Assembly (NCBI GenBank): GCA_041740815.1
Contig: JBGSLG010000157.1
Span: 20,015 to 84,014 of the forward strand
Source: Bacteroidales bacterium
GTDB lineage: Bacteria; Bacteroidota; Bacteroidia; Bacteroidales; VadinHA17
DNA length: 64,000 nt
Reading direction: 5' to 3'
The notes beneath the pieces are model-generated. The model saw nothing but the letters and a program-made list of their open reading frames with translations. It had not been told where the DNA came from and ran no database searches. Shown piece by piece: positions 34,700 to 44,069 of this stretch (position 1 is the first letter of the stretch; each line of letters starts with the position of its first letter). The position numbers and the translations under genes are program-made.

Positions 34700-36046
34700 T
34701 TGACCAGACTTAAGTTCATAGACAATATCTCGGGACTGCAGGCCGTACAGCTGCTCAGATTTGCCACCTTCCTCATTATTAGTATCGCCTTTACAAAGAG
34801 CCACCTGTCAAGAGCACAGATAGGTAACTGGGAGCTTTTTCTCTTTATCTCCAGCCTGCTTAGCTTCTTCTGGGTGTCAGGAATCATACAGTCGCTCCTC
34901 ACTCTCTATAACCGCAACCGGACCTTCAGGGAGTCCGGTGATACAGCAGGCCGCAAATCGCCAGAGCTCTTCAATGCCTTCCTTCTTATTACTTTCTTCA
35001 GTGTGCTGGTCTTCGCCATGGGGATACCGGTAAAATTCATTCTCTCATCCTCCCAGCAGCAGACCGAGATACCTTATACGGGTCTTCTTCTGCTGTATAT
35101 CCTCCTGAGTAACCCTGTGACCCTCATTGAATATATCTATCTCCTGAACAACAGGCCGCACCGCATCCTGCAGTACGGAATATATACCTACGGTGCACAG
35201 CTCCTGGTTGTGCTGGCGCCGGTGGTAGCGGGATTTGATGAGAAGAGTGCTATCCTGGGCCTGTTCGTCATAACAGGGGTGAGATGGGTATGGCTTATCA
35301 TACTGCTGCGCCGTTATACATTAATAAAGGTATCATATGACTTTATCCGTGAGCACCTGAGGATAGGCATGCCGCTGATCCTTACATTCCTCATCAGCGG
35401 ATCGGCACAGTATATTGACGGTATAATCATATCAGCCCGCTATGCTGACCCGGGCGTCTTCGCCATGTACCGTTACGGGGCGAAGGAGTTTCCTCTTGTA
35501 CTGCTGCTGGCCAACGGCCTGAGCAACGCGCTCCTTCCTCAGTTCAGTACAAGGGAGGGTATGCGCGAGGCCCTTGTGACACTCAGACACAGGTCCGACA
35601 GACTCATCAAGTACCTGTTCCCCATAATTATGGCCACCATGCTCGTGGCACGGTGGGTCTACCCGCGCCTGTTTACTCCGGAATTCACACGCAGCGCAGA
35701 CGTCTTCATGATCTACATGCTCCTTATCATACCCAGGCTGGTCTTCCCGCAGACCATAGTGATAGGCCGGCGAAAAACGAGAGTGACACTCATAGTGGCG
35801 GCCGTTGAGATAGCAGTCAATGTCCCCCTGAGCCTCATGCTGATAAAGCCCTACGGGGTGGTGGGTGTTGCCCTGGCAACCTTTATAGTCTATTTCCTTG
35901 AAAAGGCATTCCTTATATATTATGTATGGAAAAAAATGAAGATCAGGCCGGCAGAGTACATCCCGGTCACCCGGTGGCTCATATGCTCCGCCCTTCTGAT
36001 GCTGCTGTTCGTGCTTATTGACCACCGCATCATTGACATTCACTAG
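34700..36046 (+). CDS. Polysaccharide/oligosaccharide flippase-like (MOP/Wzx superfamily) membrane protein
   Basis: 448 aa with ~12-14 TM helices and an internal two-fold repeat typical of MOP flippases. TTG start as given by the track; the true start is uncertain. Confidence 0.6.
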   Translation: MTRLKFIDNISGLQAVQLLRFATFLIISIAFTKSHLSRAQIGNWELFLFISSLLSFFWVSGIIQSLLTLYNRNRTFRESGDTAGRKSPELFNAFLLITFFSVLVFAMGIPVKFILSSSQQQTEIPYTGLLLLYILLSNPVTLIEYIYLLNNRPHRILQYGIYTYGAQLLVVLAPVVAGFDEKSAILGLFVITGVRWVWLIILLRRYTLIKVSYDFIREHLRIGMPLILTFLISGSAQYIDGIIISARYADPGVFAMYRYGAKEFPLVLLLANGLSNALLPQFSTREGMREALVTLRHRSDRLIKYLFPIIMATMLVARWVYPRLFTPEFTRSADVFMIYMLLIIPRLVFPQTIVIGRRKTRVTLIVAAVEIAVNVPLSLMLIKPYGVVGVALATFIVYFLEKAFLIYYVWKKMKIRPAEYIPVTRWLICSALLMLLFVLIDHRIIDIH

Positions 36047-36134
36047 TCAGCCGGGGATAATGCCGCAACCCGCCCGGTCATAAACTGCAACCAAAAAGAA
36101 TTATATTTGGGGCAACTAAATCAGGGCAGCGGTT

Positions 36135-37622
36135 ATGCCGGACAAAAAAACCCACACAGAGGACTATTTCAGTGCATTCAGAAAGAATATTATTGGTATT
36201 GACCAGGAATATTCCACTCCCTACGGCTTGAAGAAGATCATTTACTGCGACTGGATAGCCAGCGGAAGACTCTACGGACCTGTTGAACAGATGCTGGCCG
36301 GCACCTTCGGTCCGTTTGTCGGCAACACCCACACCGAGACCTCCGAGACGGGCTCAAGGATGACCTGGGCTTATCATCATGCCCAGGAGATTATCAAGAA
36401 GCACGTCAATGCCGGCCCTGATGATGTTCTTATAGCTGCCGGTGCAGGAATGACCGCGGTGATTAACAAATTTCAGAGGATACTCGGACTCAAGGGGTGC
36501 AACTACCCCAAAACTGCACGCTGCCTCAGCGAAAATGAGCGCCCGGTTGTCTTCATAACTCATATCGAGCATCATTCAAACCAGACATCATGGTATGAGA
36601 CCATGGCTGATGTAGTGATGATTGAACCGGGCAGGGATCTTACCGTTGACCCTGACAGTCTGCGGAAGGCGCTTGACAAATACAGCGACAGGAAGTTCAA
36701 GATAGGATCCTTTTCCGGCTGTTCCAATGTAACAGGGGTTTTCACACCCTACCACAGGCTTGCCCGCATCATGCATGAGAACGGCGGTCTTTGCTTTGTT
36801 GACTTCGCGGCTTCGGCTCCATATGTCGATATAGATATGCATCCTGCCGAAAGCATGGAGAAGCTTGATGCCATCTTCTTCTCTCCGCACAAGTTTCTTG
36901 GCGGACCGGGGTCATCCGGCATAATGGTATTTGACAAATCGCTGTACAAGTCCACCGCCCCGGACCAGCCCGGCGGAGGCACGGTAGACTGGACCAACCC
37001 CTGGGGCGAATACAAGTATGTTGACAGCATTGAATCAAGGGAGGATGGCGGCACTCCCGGTTTCCTCCAGCTTATAAGGGCGGCGCTGGCCATCAGGCTG
37101 AAGGAGATGATGGGAACGGAGATGATATGTGCCAGAGAGGAGGAGCTGGTCAAGAGGACTTTTGAGGGACTCATGGCTATACCCGGGCTCCATATCCTCG
37201 CCCCGCAGGTCAGACACAGGCTGGGCGCCATCTCCTTTTACATAGATGACATGCACTACAACCTGGTGGTAAAACTGCTCAGTGACCGGTACGGGATACA
37301 GGTCCGGGGCGGCTGTGCCTGCGCAGGTACCTATGGCCATTTCCTGCTTGATGTGACTTATGACCACAGCCATCGCATCACCGAGATGATCAGCAGGGGA
37401 GACCTGTCTGAGAAACCCGGATGGGTAAGGCTCTCATTGCACCCCACAATGACCGATGAGGAGCTTGAGACGGTGATAAGGGCCCTGGGCGAGATAGTTG
37501 AGCATGCCACTGAGTGGAGAAAAGATTATACATACAACAGGAAAACCAACGAGTTCTGCCATAAAGACGAATCCGGCGAAGGCAGGGAGAGAGTCCGGTC
37601 ATGGTTTAATATTCAGAGCTGA
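36135..37622 (+). CDS. Class V aminotransferase-fold PLP enzyme (cysteine desulfurase/selenocysteine lyase-like)
   Basis: FFSPHKFLGGPGSSG carries the PLP-Lys (S-x-H-K context). Also GTFGPFVGNTHTE and GGTPGFLQ. 495 aa. Confidence 0.75.
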   Translation: MPDKKTHTEDYFSAFRKNIIGIDQEYSTPYGLKKIIYCDWIASGRLYGPVEQMLAGTFGPFVGNTHTETSETGSRMTWAYHHAQEIIKKHVNAGPDDVLIAAGAGMTAVINKFQRILGLKGCNYPKTARCLSENERPVVFITHIEHHSNQTSWYETMADVVMIEPGRDLTVDPDSLRKALDKYSDRKFKIGSFSGCSNVTGVFTPYHRLARIMHENGGLCFVDFAASAPYVDIDMHPAESMEKLDAIFFSPHKFLGGPGSSGIMVFDKSLYKSTAPDQPGGGTVDWTNPWGEYKYVDSIESREDGGTPGFLQLIRAALAIRLKEMMGTEMICAREEELVKRTFEGLMAIPGLHILAPQVRHRLGAISFYIDDMHYNLVVKLLSDRYGIQVRGGCACAGTYGHFLLDVTYDHSHRITEMISRGDLSEKPGWVRLSLHPTMTDEELETVIRALGEIVEHATEWRKDYTYNRKTNEFCHKDESGEGRERVRSWFNIQS

Positions 37623-37627
37623 AAGAG

Positions 37628-38836
37628 ATGAAAGTAACGGAAGTGAGCACCGGTGAGCACAGGAGGGAGTTTGTCAGCTTCCCCAGGAGACTCTATAAGG
37701 GAGATCCCTTCTGGGTGTGCCCTCTCGACAGCGAAGCCGAAGCTGTATTTAACCCGGAGAAAAACGCCGCCTTCAGGCATGGCGTGGCCACACGCTGGAT
37801 CCTCACCGACAGCGGAGGCCAGACCATCGGGAGAGTGGCCGCCTTCATCGACGAGATACGTTCAAAAGCCAACAGACAGCCTACAGGCGGATTCGGATTC
37901 TTTGAGGTCATTGAATCACGCGAGGCGGCATTCATGCTCTTTGATACAGTCAGGGACTGGCTCTCGGCCAGAGGCATGAAAGCAATGGACGGACCCATCA
38001 ACTTCGGGGAGAATGACAACTACTGGGGACTCCTCGTTGAAGGATTCATGCAGCCCGGGTTCGGCATGCCCTACAATAAAAAATATTACAGGCAGTATTT
38101 CGAGGATTACGGGTTTGTCACCTACTTCGAACAGTACAGCTACCATAAGGATGTTGCAGCCGTGGAGGTCTTCCCGGAACGATTCAGGAAGATAGCAGAA
38201 TGGGTTTCAAAGAGACCAGGCTACACCTTCCGCCATTTTGAATATAAAAGGAAAGACAAGTTCATTGCCGACATCGTTGAGATATACAACGCTACCTGGT
38301 CGGTTTTCAAGGAGGACTTCACCCCGCTTGACCCGGCAATGCTGAACAGCTCCCTCAGCCAGGCCAAGGCATTCCTTGATCCGGAACTGATCTGGTTTGC
38401 ATATCATAATGACAAGCCTGTGGCTTTCTTTATCCTGTTACCCGATCTCAACCAGATCATCCGGCACTTCAACGGCAGACTGAACCTCTGGAATATAGTC
38501 AGGTTCGTCTGGTATAAACTGACTCACGAGATCACACGCGCAAGGGCACTGGTAGCCGGAGTGCACCCGTCATACCAGAACAGCGGGATAGAATCAGCCA
38601 TATTCCTGGAGATATTCAAGGTCCTGCGCAGAAAAAGGTTCTATAAGGAGATGGAGCTCTCATGGGTGGGCGACTTCAACCCCAAGATGATTTCAATTTA
38701 TGAGGCCATCGGGGCAACCAGGGCAAAGACACACCTTACAATGAGATACATGATTGACAGCACACTTCCCTTCAGAATGTACAGGGATGAGATGGAGGAA
38801 AACAAGGCCGCAAGACAGGCAAAACTCAGGGAGTAA
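37628..38836 (+). CDS. Conserved ~400-aa protein, possible GNAT-fold acyltransferase
   Basis: The N-terminal FVSFPRRLYKGDPFWVCPL and central GGFGFFE...DGPINFGEND resemble a Bacteroidota family I recall being annotated as GNAT-like. The C-terminal YQNSGIESAIF fits an acyl-CoA-binding loop. The call is weak. Confidence 0.4.
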   Translation: MKVTEVSTGEHRREFVSFPRRLYKGDPFWVCPLDSEAEAVFNPEKNAAFRHGVATRWILTDSGGQTIGRVAAFIDEIRSKANRQPTGGFGFFEVIESREAAFMLFDTVRDWLSARGMKAMDGPINFGENDNYWGLLVEGFMQPGFGMPYNKKYYRQYFEDYGFVTYFEQYSYHKDVAAVEVFPERFRKIAEWVSKRPGYTFRHFEYKRKDKFIADIVEIYNATWSVFKEDFTPLDPAMLNSSLSQAKAFLDPELIWFAYHNDKPVAFFILLPDLNQIIRHFNGRLNLWNIVRFVWYKLTHEITRARALVAGVHPSYQNSGIESAIFLEIFKVLRRKRFYKEMELSWVGDFNPKMISIYEAIGATRAKTHLTMRYMIDSTLPFRMYRDEMEENKAARQAKLRE

Positions 38837-38854
38837 AAAATTTTTACCACAGCT

Positions 38855-38885
38855 TTTGTATTTTTCTTATAGTTCATTATCTTTG
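38855..38885 (+). promoter_or_regulatory. Putative promoter of rpmE2 (-33 TTTG / -7 TATCTTTG)
   Basis: TTTG at 38855-38858 and TATCTTTG at 38878-38885, with a 19-nt spacer. Confidence 0.4.
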
Positions 38886-38935
38886 CACTCCCTTGGAAAT
38901 GGGATTTTTCGAACAGTAACAAATTATATCAGAAG

Positions 38936-39202
38936 ATGAAAGAAGGTATACACCCGAACAATTACAGGATGGTTGTATTTCAGGATATGTCAAACGGCAC
39001 GTCATTTATAACACGTTCAACAGCCTCGTCACGTGATACAATCAAATGGGAGGACGGCAAGGAGTATCCGCTCATCAAGCTTGAGATCTCAAACACTTCA
39101 CATCCTTTCTATACCGGCAAGATGAAACTTGTTGACACAGCCGGAAGGGTAGACAAGTATATGAGCCGTTACAAAAACCACATCGATAAGAAAACGAAGT
39201 AG
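38936..39202 (+). CDS. rpmE2: 50S ribosomal protein L31, type B (zinc-independent)
   Basis: [10 protein letters not shown]...HPFYTGK with no CxxC zinc motif. 88 aa. Confidence 0.92.
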   Translation: MKEGIHPNNYRMVVFQDMSNGTSFITRSTASSRDTIKWEDGKEYPLIKLEISNTSHPFYTGKMKLVDTAGRVDKYMSRYKNHIDKKTK

Positions 39203-39218
39203 GGTTACATACACAGGG

Positions 39219-39249
39219 AAGCTGCCTTAAACAAGGCAGCTTTTTTTTT
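39219..39249 (+). terminator. Rho-independent terminator after rpmE2
   Basis: GCTGCCTT-aaac-AAGGCAGC followed by T9. Confidence 0.85.
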
Positions 39250-39329
39250 GTTATCAGGTGACGCCTCTCCGTGCGGTGGCTGGAAGGGGGTAAGATATAT
39301 TTGACTAAATTTGCACAGTTTGACTTATT

Positions 39330-41792
39330 ATGGAGAAAAAGGTTTTCAGGAAGTGGGACAGTATCGGTTTTCAGGAGCTGATTGACGAGGGGCGGGAGAT
39401 TATACCCATTCTTTCTGACGGCGACGACCAGGAGCTGGAGGAGGTTGAGATACCGGGCAGTGTGCCGTTGCTGCCGCTGCGCAATACGGTGCTGTTCCCG
39501 GGGGTGGTCATACCCATAGCCGTAGGCCGCTCCAAGTCGGTGCAGCTTGTGCGCGAGGCCTATCGCGGCAACAAGCTCGTTGCGGCTGTGGCACAGCTTG
39601 ATGCCGAGGTTGAGGATCCGGAGATACGTGACCTGAACGTGGTGGGAACACTAGGCCAGGTGGTGAAGCTGCTGGAGATGCCTGACGGTACAACCACTGC
39701 TATAATCCAGGGGCGCAGACGCATATCGGTGGTCAATGTACTGCAGACAACACCCTATATGACGGCACAGGTAAAGGCCATTCCTGAAGCCAGGGGCGGG
39801 GAAGACGAGAAGGACTTCGATATAATCATCGGCTCACTTAAGGACTTGTCAGTCAAGATAGTAAAGCTGAACCCCAATATCAATCCTGAAGCCTCATTTG
39901 CGGTTAAGAACATCGAAAACAGCACCTACCTGATCAATTATATATGTTCCAACACCGAGATCAATGTCAACGACAGGCAGAAGCTGCTTGAGGCGACTAC
40001 CCTCCGTGAGCGTGGAATGAGGCTCCTGGAGCACCTGGTGCGAGAGATACAGCTCCTGGAGCTGAAAAATGAGCTGCAGTCGAAGGTAAAGTACGAGATA
40101 GACCAGCAGCAGCGCGAGTTTCTCCTGCATCAGCAGATGAGGACCATCCAGAATGAACTGGGTGGTAATCCTGTTGAGAAGGAGGTGGAGGAGTACCGTC
40201 TCAGGGCTGAGAAGAAACTGTGGAATGAAGAGGTGGCTAAGGTCTTCGCCCGTGAGCTCGACAAGCTGGCGCGCCTCAATCCCGCCGCAGCCGAATATTC
40301 GGTGCAGGTGAATTATATCCAGACCCTCCTTGAGCTGCCCTGGAATGAATACACCACTGACAACCTTGATCTCAATAACGCCCAGCGCGTCCTTGATGAA
40401 GACCACTACGGCCTGGAGGAGGTGAAGGAGAGGATACTCGAGCACCTGGCGGTGCTTAAGCTGAAGGGCGACCTCAAGTCGCCCATCCTGTGCCTCTATG
40501 GCCCTCCCGGCGTGGGGAAGACCTCGCTGGGCAAATCCGTTGCACGCGCCCTGGACCGCAAGTATGCGCGCATGTCTCTCGGTGGGCTTCATGATGAGGC
40601 GGAGATACGAGGACACCGCAAGACATACATAGGCGCAATGCCCGGAAGGGTGGTGCAGAACATACGCCGGGCAGGCTCGTCAAACCCGGTCTTCATCCTT
40701 GATGAGATAGACAAGGTGGGACAGGATTTCAGGGGTGACCCCTCCTCAGCATTGCTTGAGGTGCTCGACCCGGAGCAAAACACACACTTCTATGACAATT
40801 TCCTTGAGCTGGAATTTGACCTCTCCAAGGTACTCTTCATAGCTACCGCCAATACCCTTGCAACGGTCAGTCCTGCCCTGCGCGACAGGATGGAACTGAT
40901 TGAGATTACGGGATACCTGGTGGAGGAGAAGAGGGAGATAGCCGTCAGGCATCTCATCCCCAAACAGCTTGAGGCTCATGGCGTTACTGCTGACCAGTTC
41001 GGATTGTCCGACCAGGTGATAGAAGAGGTAATCCAGAAGTATACCCGTGAGTCGGGCGTCAGGGAGCTTGACAAACGGATAGCCAAGCTGGTCAGGTTCA
41101 GGGCCAGGGAGATAGGCTTCAACAACACCCCTGAAGCCAATGTTACGGGTGAAAAGGTGGCAGAGATACTCGGCCCTCCTAAATACCTCAAAGATATCTA
41201 TGACGGTAATGACCAGGCCGGCGTTGTCACCGGGCTGGCATGGACAGCAACCGGCGGCGAGATACTTTTCGTTGAGACCAGCCTCAGCAGGGGCAAGGGC
41301 AATCTTACCCTGACCGGCAACCTGGGAGATGTAATGAAGGAGTCGGCGGTGATAGCCCTCGAATACCTTAAGGCACACGCATCCCTGCTGGGCCTGCCCG
41401 AGACATTCTCAGAAAAGTGGAATATTCATATCCATGTTCCTGAAGGAGCCATACCCAAGGACGGACCCTCGGCAGGAATCACCATGGCCGTATCCGTTGC
41501 CTCCGCATTCACACAGCGCAAGGTTAAGAAGTATGTTGCAATGACAGGTGAGATCACACTGAGAGGAAAGGTGCTTCCCGTTGGTGGCATCAAAGAGAAG
41601 ATACTGGCGGCCAAACGCGCCGGCATAAGGGAGATAGTGCTCTCTGAACAGAACCGCAAGGATGTTGAGGAGATAAATAAGAAGTATGTGCGCGGACTGA
41701 AGTTCAGGTATGTTGACACAATCATGGATGTGCTTGAGTATGTGCTGCTGCGGCAGAAGGTCACCAACGCCAGAAATTTTGAATTTGACTAA
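39330..41792 (+). CDS. lon: ATP-dependent Lon protease
   Basis: LON N-domain (LPLLPLRNTVLFPGVVIPI), Walker A GPPGVGKTS, Walker B FILDEIDK, and the protease motif DGPSAGITM. 820 aa. TAAATTTG -7 box at 39306-39313. Confidence 0.95.
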   Translation: MEKKVFRKWDSIGFQELIDEGREIIPILSDGDDQELEEVEIPGSVPLLPLRNTVLFPGVVIPIAVGRSKSVQLVREAYRGNKLVAAVAQLDAEVEDPEIRDLNVVGTLGQVVKLLEMPDGTTTAIIQGRRRISVVNVLQTTPYMTAQVKAIPEARGGEDEKDFDIIIGSLKDLSVKIVKLNPNINPEASFAVKNIENSTYLINYICSNTEINVNDRQKLLEATTLRERGMRLLEHLVREIQLLELKNELQSKVKYEIDQQQREFLLHQQMRTIQNELGGNPVEKEVEEYRLRAEKKLWNEEVAKVFARELDKLARLNPAAAEYSVQVNYIQTLLELPWNEYTTDNLDLNNAQRVLDEDHYGLEEVKERILEHLAVLKLKGDLKSPILCLYGPPGVGKTSLGKSVARALDRKYARMSLGGLHDEAEIRGHRKTYIGAMPGRVVQNIRRAGSSNPVFILDEIDKVGQDFRGDPSSALLEVLDPEQNTHFYDNFLELEFDLSKVLFIATANTLATVSPALRDRMELIEITGYLVEEKREIAVRHLIPKQLEAHGVTADQFGLSDQVIEEVIQKYTRESGVRELDKRIAKLVRFRAREIGFNNTPEANVTGEKVAEILGPPKYLKDIYDGNDQAGVVTGLAWTATGGEILFVETSLSRGKGNLTLTGNLGDVMKESAVIALEYLKAHASLLGLPETFSEKWNIHIHVPEGAIPKDGPSAGITMAVSVASAFTQRKVKKYVAMTGEITLRGKVLPVGGIKEKILAAKRAGIREIVLSEQNRKDVEEINKKYVRGLKFRYVDTIMDVLEYVLLRQKVTNARNFEFD

Positions 41793-41807
41793 CAGATATC
41801 CCGCATC

Positions 41808-42284
41808 ATGAACAAAATTGCCGTATTCCCCGGTTCCTTCGATCCCTTTACTGTTGGGCATGAGGCCCTCGTTAAGAGAGCTCTGCCACTGTTTGAAAAA
41901 GTAATCATTGCCGTTGGTGAGAATGCTGAGAAGAAGAGTCTTTTCAGTATCGAAATGAGGCTGAAGATGATCTCCAAGGTCTTTGAGGGCGAGAGCAGGG
42001 TGGAGATTACCAGGTTCAGCGGCCTGACGGTCGATTTCTGCCGCAAGCATAATGCCCGCTATATCATTCGCGGACTTCGCACGGCGGCTGATTTTGAATA
42101 TGAGAGGGCTATGGGCCACATGAACTGGAAGATGGCCCCGGAGATAGATACCGTCTTTTTGCTTACAAGCACGGAGCATACCCCTGTGAACTCCACCATT
42201 GTGCGTGACATCATAAAGAACGGAGGCGACGCCTCGATGTTCGTCCCTGATTCAATAAATATTTCAGATTATCTCGGCGCCTGA
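41808..42284 (+). CDS. coaD: Phosphopantetheine adenylyltransferase
   Basis: IAVFPGSFDPFTVGHEALV (T/HxGH motif), RGLR and SSTIVR-like (NSTIVRD) motifs. 158 aa. Confidence 0.92.
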   Translation: MNKIAVFPGSFDPFTVGHEALVKRALPLFEKVIIAVGENAEKKSLFSIEMRLKMISKVFEGESRVEITRFSGLTVDFCRKHNARYIIRGLRTAADFEYERAMGHMNWKMAPEIDTVFLLTSTEHTPVNSTIVRDIIKNGGDASMFVPDSINISDYLGA

Positions 42285-42944
42285 TCACTTTACCCTGAGG
42301 GTAGAGTTCAGCAGGTCAAGCAGCGACAGGAAGGTGTTTGACTTGATCCGCGCTATCTCAGACGGCGTCAGCCATTCGGCATGGGTGATACCCTCCTCGG
42401 CCTGTGGTTCGGTTATCATCTCGCCATTGTACCCCATGCGGAACCACCATGTCTTTTTCATGTGAGGCTTGTTGTCAAAGAGGTAGGTGTGATAGCTGGG
42501 AGGGAGAGATCCTTCAATGAAATGGTCCCGTAAATTGCACTCCTCGGTCACCTCCCTGAGGGCACACTGCTCAGGCGTCTCCCCCTTCTCAATATGTCCC
42601 TTTGGCAGATCCCATCTTCCGTAACGCATGATGAAGAGGTATTTCCCGGACGGATGGCCTATAAGTCCCCCGGCAGCTTCTATCACGGTAAACCACGAGG
42701 AAAATACTGTCCACAGATTGTTAATATCCGATGAATAAATATTAAGCGAAGGGATGTCATTATTGACGGCAAACTGTGATATTTGGGCGAAGAGCTCCTC
42801 CTCCACATTGTATTTGTGGAAAAGGGCGTATTTTTGAACCCTGTCAGGCTCGGGGGAGAGAGTGATTACCCTGTTGTCAAAATATATTTTATACCTCACC
42901 ATATGGACGATATCGCAAATAGAACCGCAGAATACCTCCTGCAA
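42285..42944 (-). CDS. NUDIX hydrolase with N-terminal accessory domain
   Basis: Nudix box GHIEKGETPEQCALREVTEECNL. The start is ambiguous: 42944 (track) or the ATG at 42902 (MVRYKIYF), which would abut the pyrE start. Confidence 0.8.
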   Translation of the reverse strand: MQEVFCGSICDIVHMVRYKIYFDNRVITLSPEPDRVQKYALFHKYNVEEELFAQISQFAVNNDIPSLNIYSSDINNLWTVFSSWFTVIEAAGGLIGHPSGKYLFIMRYGRWDLPKGHIEKGETPEQCALREVTEECNLRDHFIEGSLPPSYHTYLFDNKPHMKKTWWFRMGYNGEMITEPQAEEGITHAEWLTPSEIARIKSNTFLSLLDLLNSTLRVK

Positions 42945-43544
42945 ATTAAAGCAATTAAATTACAACCCGCAAAACCTTTTACCTGGGCCTCCGGCTGGAG
43001 ATCGCCCATCTACTGTGACAACCGCATGACCCTCTCATTTCCGGAAGTCCGTGGCTTCCTCAGGGATGCCTTCGCAGAGAAGGTAAGGCAGTTATATCCG
43101 GATGCCGGACTGATTGCCGGGGTGGCAACAGGTGCCATAGCACACGGGGTGCTGGTGGCCGAACGCCTGGGACTGCCTTTCATCTATGTCAGATCGGGAG
43201 CCAAGGATCACGGTCTGGGCAACCAGATAGAAGGTTACTATGAAAAGGGACAGAAGGTGGTGGTGATTGAGGATCTTATCTCTACGGGGGGAAGCAGCCT
43301 CGGAGCCGTCAGGGTGCTACGTGAGGCTGGTTGCGAGGTGCTGGGGATGATAGCCATCTTTACATATGGCTTCGGCAAGGCTGCTGAGGCCTTCAGCACT
43401 GAGCAATGCAGACTCGATACCCTCAGTAACTACGGAACCCTTGTCGACAGGGCGGCAGCATCGGGATATATCACCCGGGAAGATGTTGAAACACTTAAGG
43501 AGTGGCGCGTTGCTCCCGCGGAATGGGGGAGGGATATTGTATAA
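42903..43544 (+). CDS. pyrE: Orotate phosphoribosyltransferase
   Basis: FTWASGWRSPIYCDNR and the PRPP-binding loop VVVIEDLISTGGSS. I start at ATG 42903 (MDDIANRTAEYLL). The track's 40 extra codons are antisense to the NUDIX gene. Confidence 0.9.
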   Translation: MDDIANRTAEYLLQIKAIKLQPAKPFTWASGWRSPIYCDNRMTLSFPEVRGFLRDAFAEKVRQLYPDAGLIAGVATGAIAHGVLVAERLGLPFIYVRSGAKDHGLGNQIEGYYEKGQKVVVIEDLISTGGSSLGAVRVLREAGCEVLGMIAIFTYGFGKAAEAFSTEQCRLDTLSNYGTLVDRAAASGYITREDVETLKEWRVAPAEWGRDIV

Positions 43545-43581
43545 AGGTTAAAGGTTAAAGGATAAGGGATAAAGGTTAAAG
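43544..43581. repeat. Heptanucleotide microsatellite (AAGGTTA)n, 5 imperfect units
   Basis: aaggtta aaggtta aaggata agggata aaggtta aag, starting at the pyrE stop codon. Confidence 0.8.
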
Positions 43582-43622
43582 TAAAAAGTGAAAGGGAAAC
43601 GTAAATTCAGGGAGGACCAGAG

Positions 43623-44069
43623 ATGAGTCCCGTAACAACTTATACAAGCAGGACCGGCGAGGTGCCCTGCGGCGACAGTGACCTATATGCTTTTCTGACC
43701 GACATGCGCAACCTCAGGACCGTAGTGCCGGAAGGCATGCTAACCGACTGGGAGGCAACAGAAGACCGATGCAGCTTCAGGATTGAAAAGACAGGGAAAA
43801 TATCGGCATCGCTGGTTGAGGCACTGCCTCATTCGTTGATAAAATATGTTGCTGAGACATTCCTGACCGGAAGAATGACAGTACAGGTGGAGATTGAGTT
43901 TATCACTAATCTCAGGTCATCATTTCACCTGACTGCCGGAGTGAACATGAACCCCATCATGAAGATGCTCGTGGGAGACTCGGCCGGAAAGTATCTTGAC
44001 AGTCTAATTGATGCAATAGAGTCGTACAACGGGTTTGACAAGGTCAGAGGATATAATCAATCTCCTTAA
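43623..44069 (+). CDS. SRPBCC (START/Bet v1-like) family protein, function unknown
   Basis: 148 aa with a beta-rich core and a long C-terminal helix. The position after pyrE matches what I recall from Bacteroides. The call is from memory. Confidence 0.45.
   Translation: MSPVTTYTSRTGEVPCGDSDLYAFLTDMRNLRTVVPEGMLTDWEATEDRCSFRIEKTGKISASLVEALPHSLIKYVAETFLTGRMTVQVEIEFITNLRSSFHLTAGVNMNPIMKMLVGDSAGKYLDSLIDAIESYNGFDKVRGYNQSP

Noticed and set aside
35432-36043. 203-aa minus-strand ORF inside the flippase gene, and a similar 189-aa ORF at 53339-53908 inside cydA
   Set aside because: Shadow ORFs opposite membrane-protein genes. They are His/Gly/Pro-rich with no motif.
39894-42179. Long minus-strand ORFs inside lon and coaD (39894-40616, 40746-41378, 41409-42179)
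   Set aside because: They are antisense to Lon and CoaD, both of which have unambiguous Walker, protease and HxGH motifs. The antisense translations are featureless.
42783-42902. 40-codon upstream extension of pyrE
   Set aside because: It is antisense to the NUDIX coding region. PyrE homology, as far as I can judge, begins at MDDIANRTAEYLL.
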